Positions 25,912-36,118 of a stretch of DNA of 64,000 nucleotides are shown here, piece after piece (within the stretch, counting starts at the first letter, position 1; every line of letters starts with the position of its first letter). This stretch comes from a virus. Where the stretch lies: IMG/VR virus record IMGVR_UViG_3300034069_000595, positions 27,478 to 91,477 of that record. The stretch is one strand, 5' to 3'. Below the pieces are notes generated by a model that made no database searches, was not told where the DNA came from, and saw nothing but the letters and a program-made list of their open reading frames with translations. A program made the position numbers and the translations under genes.

Positions 25912-27410
25912 AGATGTCGGTTCACCAACCGCGCATTGAGGTCTCGCTGTTTAAGACCATCAAGCGCAGCACCACGAACGGGACTGAGCCGACGTCGTCG
26001 CGCTTCCAAGGCACCAAGCCCATCATCTCGCTGGGCCCATGGCTTGGCGAAGGGTCTTCGGTCAGCACGTCCAAAAACATCAACGCGGGAGCTGGTGGCT
26101 TCTCAATCACGCTGGTCGATAAGCCATACGACCGGGACGGGCTCGACAGCCTGTACGGGATCATCGAGCCGATGGACATCGTCACCATCCGTTTCCGGCA
26201 CGGAATGAACCCCACTGACGGCGATACGAGCATGCCGATCGTCATGCGCGGATTTGTATCGAACGTTTCCCGCAGCGAAAACATGTCGCCAGACGGAAAG
26301 CCTCAACGCACCGTGACCATTCAGGGTCAGGACTACGGGAAAATCTGGCAGATGCTCCAGATCTTCTACGGCCCGAACTACATCACCGGGGAGGACATCC
26401 TGTCGGCGTTCAAGCTGATGGATAAGTTCGGCGCCGGCTTCAAGGTTGCTCTGACCAATGTCGAATTCCTGAAGATCGCGATCGAGCAGATCGTCAACCC
26501 GTTCCTGAAACGACTGCTGCCTGATGGCGGGTATCTCCCGCAGATCACCCTCGACACGTCGCACGTTGTCGAGGCGGCTGTGGGTATCGCCGGCATCCAA
26601 TCTGCGGAGGGCAACATCTATGACCTGCTGCGCAGATACCTCGACACGGGGCCGTTCAACGAGCTGTTCCTGATGGATGACGAGGATACGGTTCGGTGCG
26701 TGTATCGGCAGAACCCGGCCTTGGGCCTGGACGCCTTACCGCTCGCGCCAAAGGTCACTGATGCTCCGAGTACCGATCGGGCTAAGGGCCGGGATGATGC
26801 CTCAGTGCTGACGCTCATCACCCTGAAGGATGAGGACATTCTGGGCATTGACGTGCAGCGCTCGGACTCGAACGTTGCCAACTATTACTGGGTCGCTGCG
26901 CCCGCGTTCAGCCTGAACAGCGACGTCCTGCAGCGGCAGATGGGGTACAGTGCGGCGGATCGCGCATCCACGGACCTGTCGGCCTACGACAACTGCGCCT
27001 CGAAGCTCTACGGCATGCGCCTCATGTGGCTGAACACCAGCCTCGGCGGCAAGGTGACCAACGTCAAATCCGGCCTCACAGAAGCCGAGCACGACCGCCG
27101 GGATGGCGACCTGAACGAGTGGATCCGCGATCGACGCGAGTTCGTGGTGGCCCAGAACCGGGACAACAGCATCCTGGAGCGCGGCTCGATCCGGATCTCC
27201 GGCAACGAAGGCATTCGCGCAGGCAACTACGTCCAGGTGGTGCGTGGTCGGTTCAAGTCGATCTACTACGTCGTGCAGGTTTCCCACCAGGTGATCCCTT
27301 TCCGCGGCATTTACACAACACTCCTGGTCGAGCGCGGGCTTGGCTTCGCAGACAGGATCAAAATGGGCGGCGGCGTCGACTCGCCTTACCTGAGCGAGTT
27401 GGCACGATGA
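25908..27410 (+). CDS. Baseplate hub protein
   Basis: Position after the TMP; TIQGQDYGKI motif. Confidence 0.65.
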   Translation: MKMSVHQPRIEVSLFKTIKRSTTNGTEPTSSRFQGTKPIISLGPWLGEGSSVSTSKNINAGAGGFSITLVDKPYDRDGLDSLYGIIEPMDIVTIRFRHGMNPTDGDTSMPIVMRGFVSNVSRSENMSPDGKPQRTVTIQGQDYGKIWQMLQIFYGPNYITGEDILSAFKLMDKFGAGFKVALTNVEFLKIAIEQIVNPFLKRLLPDGGYLPQITLDTSHVVEAAVGIAGIQSAEGNIYDLLRRYLDTGPFNELFLMDDEDTVRCVYRQNPALGLDALPLAPKVTDAPSTDRAKGRDDASVLTLITLKDEDILGIDVQRSDSNVANYYWVAAPAFSLNSDVLQRQMGYSAADRASTDLSAYDNCASKLYGMRLMWLNTSLGGKVTNVKSGLTEAEHDRRDGDLNEWIRDRREFVVAQNRDNSILERGSIRISGNEGIRAGNYVQVVRGRFKSIYYVVQVSHQVIPFRGIYTTLLVERGLGFADRIKMGGGVDSPYLSELAR

Positions 27411-28183
27411 GCGAGTTCAAGAAGGGGCGCGTTGTCGCCATCCACCCAGAAGATCACTCCTGCGATATCGTCATGCTGGGCGATGGCTCGCGCCTGGCCG
27501 GCGTGCAGATCCAGTCCCAGTCGGCCAGCACCAATACGGGCCTAAACGACCTGGTGGCTCCGGCTGCTGCGCCAGACGGCAATAAGTGGAACGCCAGCCA
27601 GAAGACTGGCCGCGATATCCTTGCCATCGTCGGGTGGTGCGAGGGCGTGCCGTTCGTGAACGGCTTCCTGTTCCCGCAAATCTGCCAGATGACCTTCCCC
27701 GAGGCGAACCGGAAGATCGATCGACACGCTTCGGACTTCTACCAAACGATCGATGCCAAGGGTAACGTCGAGTGGTCTCACCCGAGCGGCACCTACCTGC
27801 GCATTGGCGAGAGCCCTGCGCACGAGGATCTGACCGGCAAGGACTTCGACAAGAAGTGGGCCATCAAGAACAACACCGGGACGGCGCCGCACGTGCACCT
27901 GACGGTGGCCAGTGCCGGTTCGGTCGTCGCTACAATCGATATCGCACCATCTGGAGCCATCACGGTGACGGGCGCATCGCTGATGGCGACGCTCACCGGG
28001 GCAGCCACCTTGATCGCGCCTGGTGGGGTCACCGTCGATACGCCAGACGCGCACTTCACCGGCAACATCAAGGCCGATGGCAATATCACCGACCTGGTGC
28101 GCAGCATGGCGGCGGATCGCCTGATCTACAACAGCCACACCAACCCGAACGGCGGCAGCAGCGCGCCTCCGCAGCAGATGTGA
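27407..28183 (+). CDS. Baseplate spike (gpV/gp45-like)
   Basis: OB-fold N-terminus (KGRVVAIHPEDHSCDI), beta-helix repeats, C-terminal YNSHTN; ATGA overlap. Confidence 0.8.
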   Translation: MSEFKKGRVVAIHPEDHSCDIVMLGDGSRLAGVQIQSQSASTNTGLNDLVAPAAAPDGNKWNASQKTGRDILAIVGWCEGVPFVNGFLFPQICQMTFPEANRKIDRHASDFYQTIDAKGNVEWSHPSGTYLRIGESPAHEDLTGKDFDKKWAIKNNTGTAPHVHLTVASAGSVVATIDIAPSGAITVTGASLMATLTGAATLIAPGGVTVDTPDAHFTGNIKADGNITDLVRSMAADRLIYNSHTNPNGGSSAPPQQM

Positions 28184-28185
28184 TC

Positions 28186-28201
28186 GTCGTGACGCCATCA
28201 T
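28186..28201 (+). promoter_or_regulatory. Late promoter motif; predicted leaderless mRNA
   Basis: GTCGTGAC-GCC-A-TCA-T; predicted +1 is the A of ATG 28208. Confidence 0.75.
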
Positions 28202-28207
28202 GGCGTC

Positions 28208-29362
28208 ATGGACCTATCTACGCCTGCATCTCAGAAAGCCGAGGAGTGTCCCATCACCTTTGTGATGGATGACGACTCCGCCGGCACGTCCGAAGAAATG
28301 ACCCTCCTGATCCGTCCGGAGGAGCTTTCGATCGGGTTCCCAAGCCGCCTGTCTGTGAACCAGACGCTGGGCGGCGCGTGGGCGGACAGCTTCGGCGAAG
28401 GGCTTGAGGAGGGAACCTTCTCGGGCACCCTCGGGTGGCGCGCCACCAGCAACGACAGCGGCGGCACTGAGCGCCTGGTGAACCTGAAGAACTTCGCCTA
28501 CTCCGACTGGCATGCACGGCGAGCAGCTGCGGTGGCAAAGGGCAACGACCCGGCCATGGTGCGCTTGCAGCTGGTGGACACGCTGAACAACTACTCGCGG
28601 GTCATCGCGCCCCGGGTGTTCGAGCTGAAGCGCAGCAAGAGCCGGCCGCTGCTGGCGCAGTACCGGTTCAACTTCGTCATGCTGTCGCGCGACCTGACGG
28701 GCAAGGATCTGCTCCAGTCGGACAGCGCGCTCGGCGGCTTCCTCGGCACCATCGGCTCGTGGATCGACAGCTTTACCACCTCGATCAACAACATCACCGA
28801 CCGCATTCGGACCGCGTACCGCTGGATCGATAAGACCATCATCACGCCGGTCAAAGCCTTCGTGGCGAAAACGATGCAGATCTACAAAGCCGTCAACAAC
28901 CTGGTCACCGCGGGCGTCGGGATCATTCGGCAGGTCGGCAGCATTGCGACACTGGCTACCTCCGCAATTACGAACGTGCTGCGAACCGCTGCGCTGGCAG
29001 TCAACATCCCCAACATCGCCAAGGCGGCGATCATGAACGTCGTGCGTGAGTACACCAACATCTTCTGTCTGCTGCGCAACGCCCGCGGCCTGCTGAGCTA
29101 CGAGGATTATTCGGACATCTACGGCGCCTCGAACTGCTCCTCGACGTCGGGTGGTCGCTCGATCTCGATCTACTCAGGATCGACCAACAACACGTTTGCC
29201 GCCATCTCGAAGCAGGACGCCTCGCCGATCGTGGTCACTCAGGGCGCATCGAACAGCCTCAAATCACTCGCCAGCGCGGACCTGGTCACCACCAGCCTGT
29301 CCTCGACCACGATCAACGGAAACCTCTCGGTAGCGAACGCCGGTATCACGGTGACCGCATGA
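28208..29362 (+). CDS. Baseplate/tube-initiator protein
   Basis: LLIRPEEL...QTLGGAWADSFGEG motif of tube-initiator-type proteins. Confidence 0.6.
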   Translation: MDLSTPASQKAEECPITFVMDDDSAGTSEEMTLLIRPEELSIGFPSRLSVNQTLGGAWADSFGEGLEEGTFSGTLGWRATSNDSGGTERLVNLKNFAYSDWHARRAAAVAKGNDPAMVRLQLVDTLNNYSRVIAPRVFELKRSKSRPLLAQYRFNFVMLSRDLTGKDLLQSDSALGGFLGTIGSWIDSFTTSINNITDRIRTAYRWIDKTIITPVKAFVAKTMQIYKAVNNLVTAGVGIIRQVGSIATLATSAITNVLRTAALAVNIPNIAKAAIMNVVREYTNIFCLLRNARGLLSYEDYSDIYGASNCSSTSGGRSISIYSGSTNNTFAAISKQDASPIVVTQGASNSLKSLASADLVTTSLSSTTINGNLSVANAGITVTA

Positions 29363-29982
29363 CGGACTTCACCAAGGAGATATCAGGGTTCCGCTACGCC
29401 AAAACGCGGCGTGGGGACACTCTGCAGCTGATCGCATACCGCGAGCTGGGCGATGCAACCAAGTGGGCGACGTTGGCGTGGTTCAACAACCTGGTGTCGC
29501 CGTTCATCACCGACGATGAGGCGCTATCCAGCGATCGCGTGCTGCTGACCGGTACGCCGATCAAGGTGCCTGCAACCGTTGCAGAATCGGAGCCGACCAA
29601 TAACGAGGCCACCAACGTCCTACTGACCGACTGCCGGCTCAGCCAGGGCAAGCTCACGGTGGACGCTGCGACTGGCGACCTCACGGTCGTCACGGGGCGC
29701 GATAACCTCAAACAGGCCATCGTGCACCGCATCGTCACGGACCGAGGCGAGCTGATCTACCACCCTGAGTACGGGTGCAAAATTCAGCGGAGGAAGGGCT
29801 CGAAGAACACACCGGTCGCCTTGCTGCTCGGGCGAAGCGATATCCAGGACGCCCTGGAGCAAGAAAACCGCCTCAAGCGCATCAACAAAATCACCACCAC
29901 CAGCAGCGGCGATGTTTTGGCGGCTCAAGTGGATGTCACCCCTATTTCAGGCGACTCAGTACAAGTCGACGCGAGCGTATAA
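29359..29982 (+). CDS. LysM + gp25-like baseplate wedge protein
   Basis: RGDTLQLIAYRELGD..KW..LA..N (LysM); GRDNLKQAI..R..T.RGEL..HPEYG (gp25). Confidence 0.8.
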   Translation: MTDFTKEISGFRYAKTRRGDTLQLIAYRELGDATKWATLAWFNNLVSPFITDDEALSSDRVLLTGTPIKVPATVAESEPTNNEATNVLLTDCRLSQGKLTVDAATGDLTVVTGRDNLKQAIVHRIVTDRGELIYHPEYGCKIQRRKGSKNTPVALLLGRSDIQDALEQENRLKRINKITTTSSGDVLAAQVDVTPISGDSVQVDASV

Positions 29983-31097
29983 TGGCATTTCAGGTAAAGG
30001 ACTTTATCTCGATCGTCGCATCGATGCTCAACTGGTCGAAAGCGAGCACCAACAAGATCAGCGATTACAACGTCGGATCGGTGGCGCGAACGCTGATGGA
30101 GGCTCCTGCCGCCGAGATCGATGAGTTGTATCAGCAGATGTTCATCGGGATCAAAGAAGCGATCCCCGTGGCAACTTACAACAGCTTCGATTTCGGCAAA
30201 CTGGATGCTATCAGCGCAGGCGGTCTGATCCGCGTGCAGATCACTCCAGCGGCCACTGGAACCGTCATTCAGGCCGGCACGACCTTCGCGGCGCCAGGCC
30301 TCGCATCCACTTACACTTCCATCCAGGACACCACGATCCCGGCTGGTTCGTCGTTCATGGACATCAGCGTCAAGGCCGACACGCCTGGCACGGCCGGCAA
30401 CATCGCTGCTCAGCAGGCCTTCACGCTCACACCGTCGCCGAGCAACTTCGTCAGCGCGTCCAACCTGTCCGCGTTTGCATCAGGTCAGGATGTCGAGAGC
30501 GATGATGAGCGCAAGCTTCGATTCGCCGCCTACATCAGCTCGATTAGCCGCGCCACCAACGCGGCAATCCGGTACGGCCTCAGTACGGTCGCCATCCGGG
30601 ATGCGGCAGGCAACATCACCGAGCGCGTCGCGACGGGCATCACCATCGAACCCTACCTGGCGGACCCGAACCAACCGATCGCGCTGGTGGAGTGCTACAT
30701 CCACAACGGCGTAGGCGGAACGTCCGCGGCGCTCGTCGCGGAGGCCACGAAGGTCATCAACGGCTATTACGACGTGAATGGCGTGGCCGTGCCTGGCTAC
30801 AAAGCGGGCGGCATTCCAACCCCTGTGTATGCCGCTACCGAGGTCGTCGTGAACGTAACCGCGGCGCTGACCGCGCTGGATGGGTATGACGAGCCAACGC
30901 TGATCAACGACGCAACGCTGGCGATCTTCGCCTACATCCAAGGGCTTCAGATTGGCGCGCCCGCGATCGTCTCGGAAATCATCCGGCGGGTTAAAGACCT
31001 TGAAGGCGTTTACGACTTCATCCCGAGTGCTCCGACCGTGAACGTGTCCGTGTCCGGCAAGCAAAAACTGATGCCGGGGAGCATTTCTATCACATGA
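29982..31097 (+). CDS. Baseplate J-like wedge protein
   Basis: DYNVGSVARTLMEA, G.AGNIAA, G.DVESDDERK.RF motifs. Confidence 0.88.
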   Translation: MAFQVKDFISIVASMLNWSKASTNKISDYNVGSVARTLMEAPAAEIDELYQQMFIGIKEAIPVATYNSFDFGKLDAISAGGLIRVQITPAATGTVIQAGTTFAAPGLASTYTSIQDTTIPAGSSFMDISVKADTPGTAGNIAAQQAFTLTPSPSNFVSASNLSAFASGQDVESDDERKLRFAAYISSISRATNAAIRYGLSTVAIRDAAGNITERVATGITIEPYLADPNQPIALVECYIHNGVGGTSAALVAEATKVINGYYDVNGVAVPGYKAGGIPTPVYAATEVVVNVTAALTALDGYDEPTLINDATLAIFAYIQGLQIGAPAIVSEIIRRVKDLEGVYDFIPSAPTVNVSVSGKQKLMPGSISIT

Positions 31098-32194
31098 GAC
31101 TGACCCAGAAGCTCCTCGGCCTTCTCCATCGTGTGTTCGATCCAGATCCGGATCGTTTCATAGCGCTGCGCATTCGGTACGGCGGCGGACTGGTCTGGAC
31201 CGTGTCGGAAGGCGTGCTGACCACGACAGTTTCCGGTGGCATCGGCAGCAATTTGACCATCAACCTGGTCAACTACACGATCAGACAGCTGATCAATTTC
31301 CTGTCGCAGCAGCCAGGGTACTCGGTCACCAGCGCCGCCAGCAGCGAGCAGATGTCGCTGTCCGCCAGGATCCTGATCGATGGCACTGGAAACATTGCAG
31401 CATCCAATGGTGATCGCCTATTCGCCTACACCAGCCTGGTTTGGGTCTACCTGGAGTCGGTCGGTGTCGAGTTGCGGGCGGCCAAGGCGCAGATCCCGCA
31501 AGCCCTGAACCAGATGAGCATTCCGACAGCGTCGGATGACTGGATCGACGAGCTGGGCGCCTATTACGGCGTGCCGCGTCTTCAGGGTGAGAACGACGCG
31601 AGCTACGGTGCCCGGATCATCGCCGAGGTGGTTCGGCCACGCTCGAACAACGTCGCCATGGAAGCAGCCATCAGCTACTACACCGGGCAGAAGACAAAAG
31701 TCACAGACGTCACGGTCTATGGCGACCAGTTTCCGAAGTACAACGGGGCAATCACGCGCAACAGTGCCTACAAGTACCAGACCCAGAGCACGCCTAGGTA
31801 TGGCTTGTTCGACGTCCAGTACGGCTACGACCTTCTGGGCGGCCAGGATCCGAGCACGTTTGCCTCAACGGTGGCAGGTATCATCGATCGCCTACGGGCT
31901 GCTGGCACACACCTGCGCGCCCTGTCGCTTCAAGCAGGCACCATCTCGGACGATTTCACGCCACCTACTGATGGCGACCTGCCGATCACCGTGACGCCGA
32001 TATTGTCCGACAGCTTCACGGCGCCGGCCGATGTAGAGCCAACTTTGATCGCGACCATCGGCGAAATGTCGGACCCGCTCGACGCGCCAGCAGATACCTT
32101 CGCCGGCTCGATCGCGTACGCCTACAAATACAACAGCACGAGGACTCGCAACAGCGCCATCACCTATGCGGGCGGGACCACAGCCGCCCTATAA
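31094..32194 (+). CDS. Baseplate wedge protein (gpI-like)
   Basis: TASDDWIDELGAYYGVPRLQGENDASY motif. Confidence 0.75.
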   Translation: MRLTQKLLGLLHRVFDPDPDRFIALRIRYGGGLVWTVSEGVLTTTVSGGIGSNLTINLVNYTIRQLINFLSQQPGYSVTSAASSEQMSLSARILIDGTGNIAASNGDRLFAYTSLVWVYLESVGVELRAAKAQIPQALNQMSIPTASDDWIDELGAYYGVPRLQGENDASYGARIIAEVVRPRSNNVAMEAAISYYTGQKTKVTDVTVYGDQFPKYNGAITRNSAYKYQTQSTPRYGLFDVQYGYDLLGGQDPSTFASTVAGIIDRLRAAGTHLRALSLQAGTISDDFTPPTDGDLPITVTPILSDSFTAPADVEPTLIATIGEMSDPLDAPADTFAGSIAYAYKYNSTRTRNSAITYAGGTTAAL

Positions 32195-32202
32195 GCTGTT
32201 TC

Positions 32203-32218
32203 GTCGTGACGCCATGCT
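32203..32218 (+). promoter_or_regulatory. Late promoter motif
   Basis: GTCGTGAC-GCC-A-TGC-T. Confidence 0.7.
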
Positions 32219-32245
32219 TCCGAGAGGTTTCTTGGAGCACGGCGC

Positions 32246-32701
32246 ATGTCCGGTCTAAATATTACTGACAATTATGAGGAGGCCCCCAGTGGCCTTTTCC
32301 TGCTGCGCGTTTTCCGCGGCGATGAGCTGATCGAGGTCTTCGAAGAAAAGAACCTGATCGTCAACGGCTCCAAACAGATCCACGCCCTTCTGCTCGGCGG
32401 CTCGGTGGCGAACCAGAGCGTGACGAAGATTGGCTACGGCACGAACACAACTGCGCCCGCAGTCGGAAACACATCTCTGACCGGCGCCTACATGAAAGCG
32501 CTTGACGGGGTCACGTTCCCAGCAACGAACCAGGTGTCGTTCCAGTTTTCGCTCGGCCCCACTGAGAACAACGGCGTTTCCATTGGAGAGTTCGGCCTGT
32601 TCACTGCGGGGAACGTTCTCTACGCGCGCAAGACGCGCACGACCGCAATTCCTAAAGCGTCCGATTTGTCCTTCTCGGGCTCTTGGATCATTTCTTTCTG
32701 A
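32246..32701 (+). CDS. Tail-fibre attachment (collar) protein
   Basis: NLIVNG, IGYGT, IGEFGLF, LYARK motifs. Confidence 0.75.
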   Translation: MSGLNITDNYEEAPSGLFLLRVFRGDELIEVFEEKNLIVNGSKQIHALLLGGSVANQSVTKIGYGTNTTAPAVGNTSLTGAYMKALDGVTFPATNQVSFQFSLGPTENNGVSIGEFGLFTAGNVLYARKTRTTAIPKASDLSFSGSWIISF

Positions 32702-32712
32702 GGCCCTGAGTA

Positions 32713-34833
32713 ATGGCTAACCAACCCGAAGTCACCAGCTATGATGCTGGCGTCTACCAGCTTGAGATTACAGACCCGGTCGACGGTGGCGTCGGAGCGG
32801 TATCTAACGCCCCCTTGCTCGCCCTGGCGAACCGCACAAACTATCTGAAAAAACACTTGGACGACCTGGAGTCCGGTACAACCATTCCAGCTGGGATCGC
32901 GCGAATTGCCTCTCCTGCTTTTACTGGGTCGCCGACCGCACCTACGCAGGCAGCTGGTGACAACTCCACGAAGCTGGCTACCGATCAGTTCGTGCAGACT
33001 GCCGTGAACGGCATTGTGGTGGTGGACATTTCGGGTGCGGCGACCACCACGCTTACGCAAGCGCAGTGGGGTACCGCAATCATTGTGCTGACCGGCGCAG
33101 TTACAGCCAACAAGGCTGTAGTGTTCCCCGCTCAATCGGGGCACTGGCAAGTCGTAAACAGCACTACCGGGAACTTCACGGTTACCTTGAAGACCGCAGC
33201 AGGCGCTGGGGTGGATATCACTCGCGGACGCTCGTCGAACATCTATTGCGATGGCAATGGTGTCAGCCTCCAGCAAACTGACTTTGTCAGTCCAGCACTT
33301 ACCGGTTCGCCAACTACGCCGACGCCCACGGTCGGCGCGAACAACACTTTGATCGCGAATATGGCCGCCCTTCTACAGGGTATGGCGGCATTCGGGATCG
33401 GAGCTGTCAACGGGCCACAGGTGACAGATCTCAATGCGTTGAGCGCTGGCGGGATGTACTACGCAACGTCTTCTGCCAATGGGCTCCCAATCGCTGCAAA
33501 TTCGTCAATAGCGCACCTTCCGTACAGCGACGGCAGCGCGGCGTTGCAGATTTGCAGTACCTTGGCGGTGCCAGTTCGTATTTATTATCGGACACGCGCA
33601 TCGGGCACATGGAACCCGTGGGACGAGTTTGGCAAGCTGAATTCGCCTGCCTTCACCGGCGCTCCTACCACGCCCACTCCAAGCTTGGGCGACACATCAA
33701 CCAAAGTCGCAAACATGGCCGCATTAGCGCAAGCGCTTACCGCGCGCAGTCGAGCTTATGCCTCGGGCGTCCCAACCGTTACTGCTGACACGACATTACT
33801 TCCTTCCGGAGTTGGTCTTGCCTATCGGATCAACGGCGCAAGCGCGCTGACTGTCACTTTGCCCAGCCCAGCCGATGTCACATCCGGCTGCAGCTACACC
33901 ATTCGCAATGAAAGCCTTTTCCCGGTTACGGTCACCACGCCTGTTGGCAACATTTTCTCAGCTTACGCCGCGCAGGCCACTTCTCTGGTGCTGGCGAGCA
34001 ACGAATGGATTGAAATCCAGGCGTCAGGTACAGGAGCCTGGGTGGTTGATACCCGCGGCAAGCTCAGCGAAACAGCTGCGATCAACTCCCCATCTTTCAC
34101 GGGCGCTCCAACCGCTCCAAGCTTAGCTCGTTTCACCGCTGGTAGTGGCTTGGTAAACGCCGACACACTGAAAGCTTCCGGCATCCAGGCCAACACATTC
34201 CGTAGCGTAGACCTGTCTGTCGCCACCGTTAACCTGGCAGCCTCAGACGCCGGCTCGGTCATTGCTATCACCGGATCTGGTGGCGGCACCCTCGTACTGC
34301 CAGCGGCAAACGCTGTACCAGCAGGGGCGTTGATCACGATCCGATGCAATAACACCGGGGTTTCGACGAACACCCTAAAGGGCTCGGGCACAAATACGAT
34401 CGGCGGCGAAGTGGGTGCCGGAGCGAACACAGCATTGTTGATTTCCGGCGATTGCATGGTGCTCGTGTCGGATGGCGTATCGAAGTGGGATGTTGCTGTC
34501 GAGGCGACAGCGGCTTTCGTAGCCAACCTGTTCACGACTAACCAGCAACTGACCGCCAATGGATATCAGAAGCTTCCCGGCGGATTGATCATGCAGTGGG
34601 GAGGCGCTCAAACATCTGCATCTGGCGTTGTATTGGTTGTTATGCCGGTGACTTTCACGAACCCCCCGAGAAGCATCGTTGCAACCGTTGCGAACAGTGC
34701 TGCTAACAACGTTTCCGTTGCAGTCAACGTTGTGACTAACGGCTCCTTCAGAGGGTACACTACTGCCGGGTCTTCTGGCTCAGTCGGTACGGCCGGACCT
34801 CTGGCATTCAACTGGTTAGCGATCGGATATTAA
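32713..34833 (+). CDS. Tail fibre protein
   Basis: YQLEITDPVDGG..NAPLLALANRT.YLK N-terminus; four SP(A/S)(F/L)TG.PT(A/T)P repeats; C-terminal GYQKLPGGLIMQWG domain. Confidence 0.92.
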   Translation: MANQPEVTSYDAGVYQLEITDPVDGGVGAVSNAPLLALANRTNYLKKHLDDLESGTTIPAGIARIASPAFTGSPTAPTQAAGDNSTKLATDQFVQTAVNGIVVVDISGAATTTLTQAQWGTAIIVLTGAVTANKAVVFPAQSGHWQVVNSTTGNFTVTLKTAAGAGVDITRGRSSNIYCDGNGVSLQQTDFVSPALTGSPTTPTPTVGANNTLIANMAALLQGMAAFGIGAVNGPQVTDLNALSAGGMYYATSSANGLPIAANSSIAHLPYSDGSAALQICSTLAVPVRIYYRTRASGTWNPWDEFGKLNSPAFTGAPTTPTPSLGDTSTKVANMAALAQALTARSRAYASGVPTVTADTTLLPSGVGLAYRINGASALTVTLPSPADVTSGCSYTIRNESLFPVTVTTPVGNIFSAYAAQATSLVLASNEWIEIQASGTGAWVVDTRGKLSETAAINSPSFTGAPTAPSLARFTAGSGLVNADTLKASGIQANTFRSVDLSVATVNLAASDAGSVIAITGSGGGTLVLPAANAVPAGALITIRCNNTGVSTNTLKGSGTNTIGGEVGAGANTALLISGDCMVLVSDGVSKWDVAVEATAAFVANLFTTNQQLTANGYQKLPGGLIMQWGGAQTSASGVVLVVMPVTFTNPPRSIVATVANSAANNVSVAVNVVTNGSFRGYTTAGSSGSVGTAGPLAFNWLAIGY

Positions 34834-34845
34834 GGCGAGATCCCA

Positions 34846-35274
34846 ATGATTTTATACAGCGCGTCAACTGGCCTTTTTTACGATACCGATTTAGGCGCGG
34901 AAACCCCGTCCGACGTGGTTGAAGTCTCCCGCGAAGATCATCAGAAATTGCTCGACGGGCAGACCGATGGGAAGGTTATTTCCTCGTCCGCCGATGGTCA
35001 GCCCGTACTGATCGAGCGGCCTCCGCTGACGGTCGAGGAGCTGACCGCGATGGCCTTTGGCAGTCGCGACAACATGCTTTCGTTTTCCGCCATTCGCATC
35101 GCGCCACTGCAGGATGCGGTAGATATGGATCAGGCCAGCGATGAGGAAGTTGCGAGCCTGGCGACGTGGAAGCAATATCGGATTGATCTGAACCGGATCC
35201 ATCTCCAGAAGGGATTTCCGGAGAAGATTAAGTGGCCCGCATCGCCTGAAGAATTGGCCGCAACTGTCTCGTGA
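34846..35274 (+). CDS. Tail fibre assembly chaperone
   Basis: IAPLQDAVD...WKQYRIDLNRI...WP motif, typical of Pseudomonas prophage fibre chaperones. Confidence 0.88.
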   Translation: MILYSASTGLFYDTDLGAETPSDVVEVSREDHQKLLDGQTDGKVISSSADGQPVLIERPPLTVEELTAMAFGSRDNMLSFSAIRIAPLQDAVDMDQASDEEVASLATWKQYRIDLNRIHLQKGFPEKIKWPASPEELAATVS

Positions 35275-35284
35275 CGCACATAAT
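35268..35284 (+). promoter_or_regulatory. Late promoter motif (N4 spacer variant)
   Basis: CTCGTGAC-GCAC-A-TAA-T. Confidence 0.6.
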
Positions 35285-35307
35285 CTGCTGCTGCAATCCG
35301 CAGTGTC

Positions 35308-35994
35308 ATGAGCGTTTCATATATGCCAGCGATCGGCCCGTTTGAAAAAGTCAGCTTTACCACCTACGCCAATATTCGCGCAGGGAACAATGGCTCTGTC
35401 GTCATCACTACCGGTGACGATAGCGCTCCTGGCGCAGAATTTATCCTCGGCACTGATGGCAGCCTGCTCTCCAACGGGGTTGCATTCAGCAAAGGCGGTG
35501 GCAGTGCGCCTACTGGCGGCGCAACTGAGCAGTACGTCGATGAATCGATCGCTGCCGCCGTGGATGGCCTGGCGAGCGAAGCCTACGTTGCCGACCAGAT
35601 CCAGGCGGCTGTCGGCGCCGGCAGCGGCTCTCCGAGTGCCGTTCCGGCCTGGACTAAGCCGGCGCTGCTGAACAACTGGCGTGCGCACCCGGATGGCCCA
35701 ATTGTAGCGATGGAGCGTCCAGGCTTCCGCAAGGTCGGCCACCGCGTCGAGTTCACCGGTTCGCTGGCTGGTGGTGAGGTCGTAGGTGCGGGGCTCCAGC
35801 CTGGTCATACCTGCGTGATCTTCCGCCTCCCGGTCGGCTATCGCCCGTTGGTAGGTCAGAAGACGCTACTGGTATCGGCACCAGGCAACACCGTGGGCAC
35901 CATCAAGGTTTTCCCTGATGGACAGGTCGTCTACATCGCTGGCGCAATGCAAGGCGAGATCTCGCTGCACGGCGTTTCGTTTCCCCTCGACTGA
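35308..35994 (+). CDS. Accessory receptor-binding-like protein A
   Basis: C-terminal LLNNW...RK...VEFTG.LAGG...IFRLPVGYRP phage RBP head domain. Confidence 0.65.
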   Translation: MSVSYMPAIGPFEKVSFTTYANIRAGNNGSVVITTGDDSAPGAEFILGTDGSLLSNGVAFSKGGGSAPTGGATEQYVDESIAAAVDGLASEAYVADQIQAAVGAGSGSPSAVPAWTKPALLNNWRAHPDGPIVAMERPGFRKVGHRVEFTGSLAGGEVVGAGLQPGHTCVIFRLPVGYRPLVGQKTLLVSAPGNTVGTIKVFPDGQVVYIAGAMQGEISLHGVSFPLD

Positions 35995-36010
35995 TCTTTG
36001 CAGCTGTAAC

Positions 36011-36040
36011 AAGCGCGCCCTACGGGGCGCGTTTCTATTT
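36011..36040 (+). terminator. Terminator
   Basis: aagcgcgccc-tacg-gggcgcgtttctattt. Confidence 0.75.
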
Positions 36041-36065
36041 GCACATCTAATCCGCAAAATGTGTC

Positions 36066-36081
36066 GTCGTGACTGAACAAT
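36066..36081 (+). promoter_or_regulatory. Late promoter motif
   Basis: GTCGTGAC-TGA-A-CAA-T. Confidence 0.7.
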
Positions 36082-36118
36082 CTCTTTGCTGCAATCCGTA
36101 GCGATAGAGATCTTCCTG

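Noticed and set aside
32713-35274. Invertible tail-fibre cassette
   Set aside because: No invertase and no inverted second fibre half; the internal repeats are ordinary fibre repeats.
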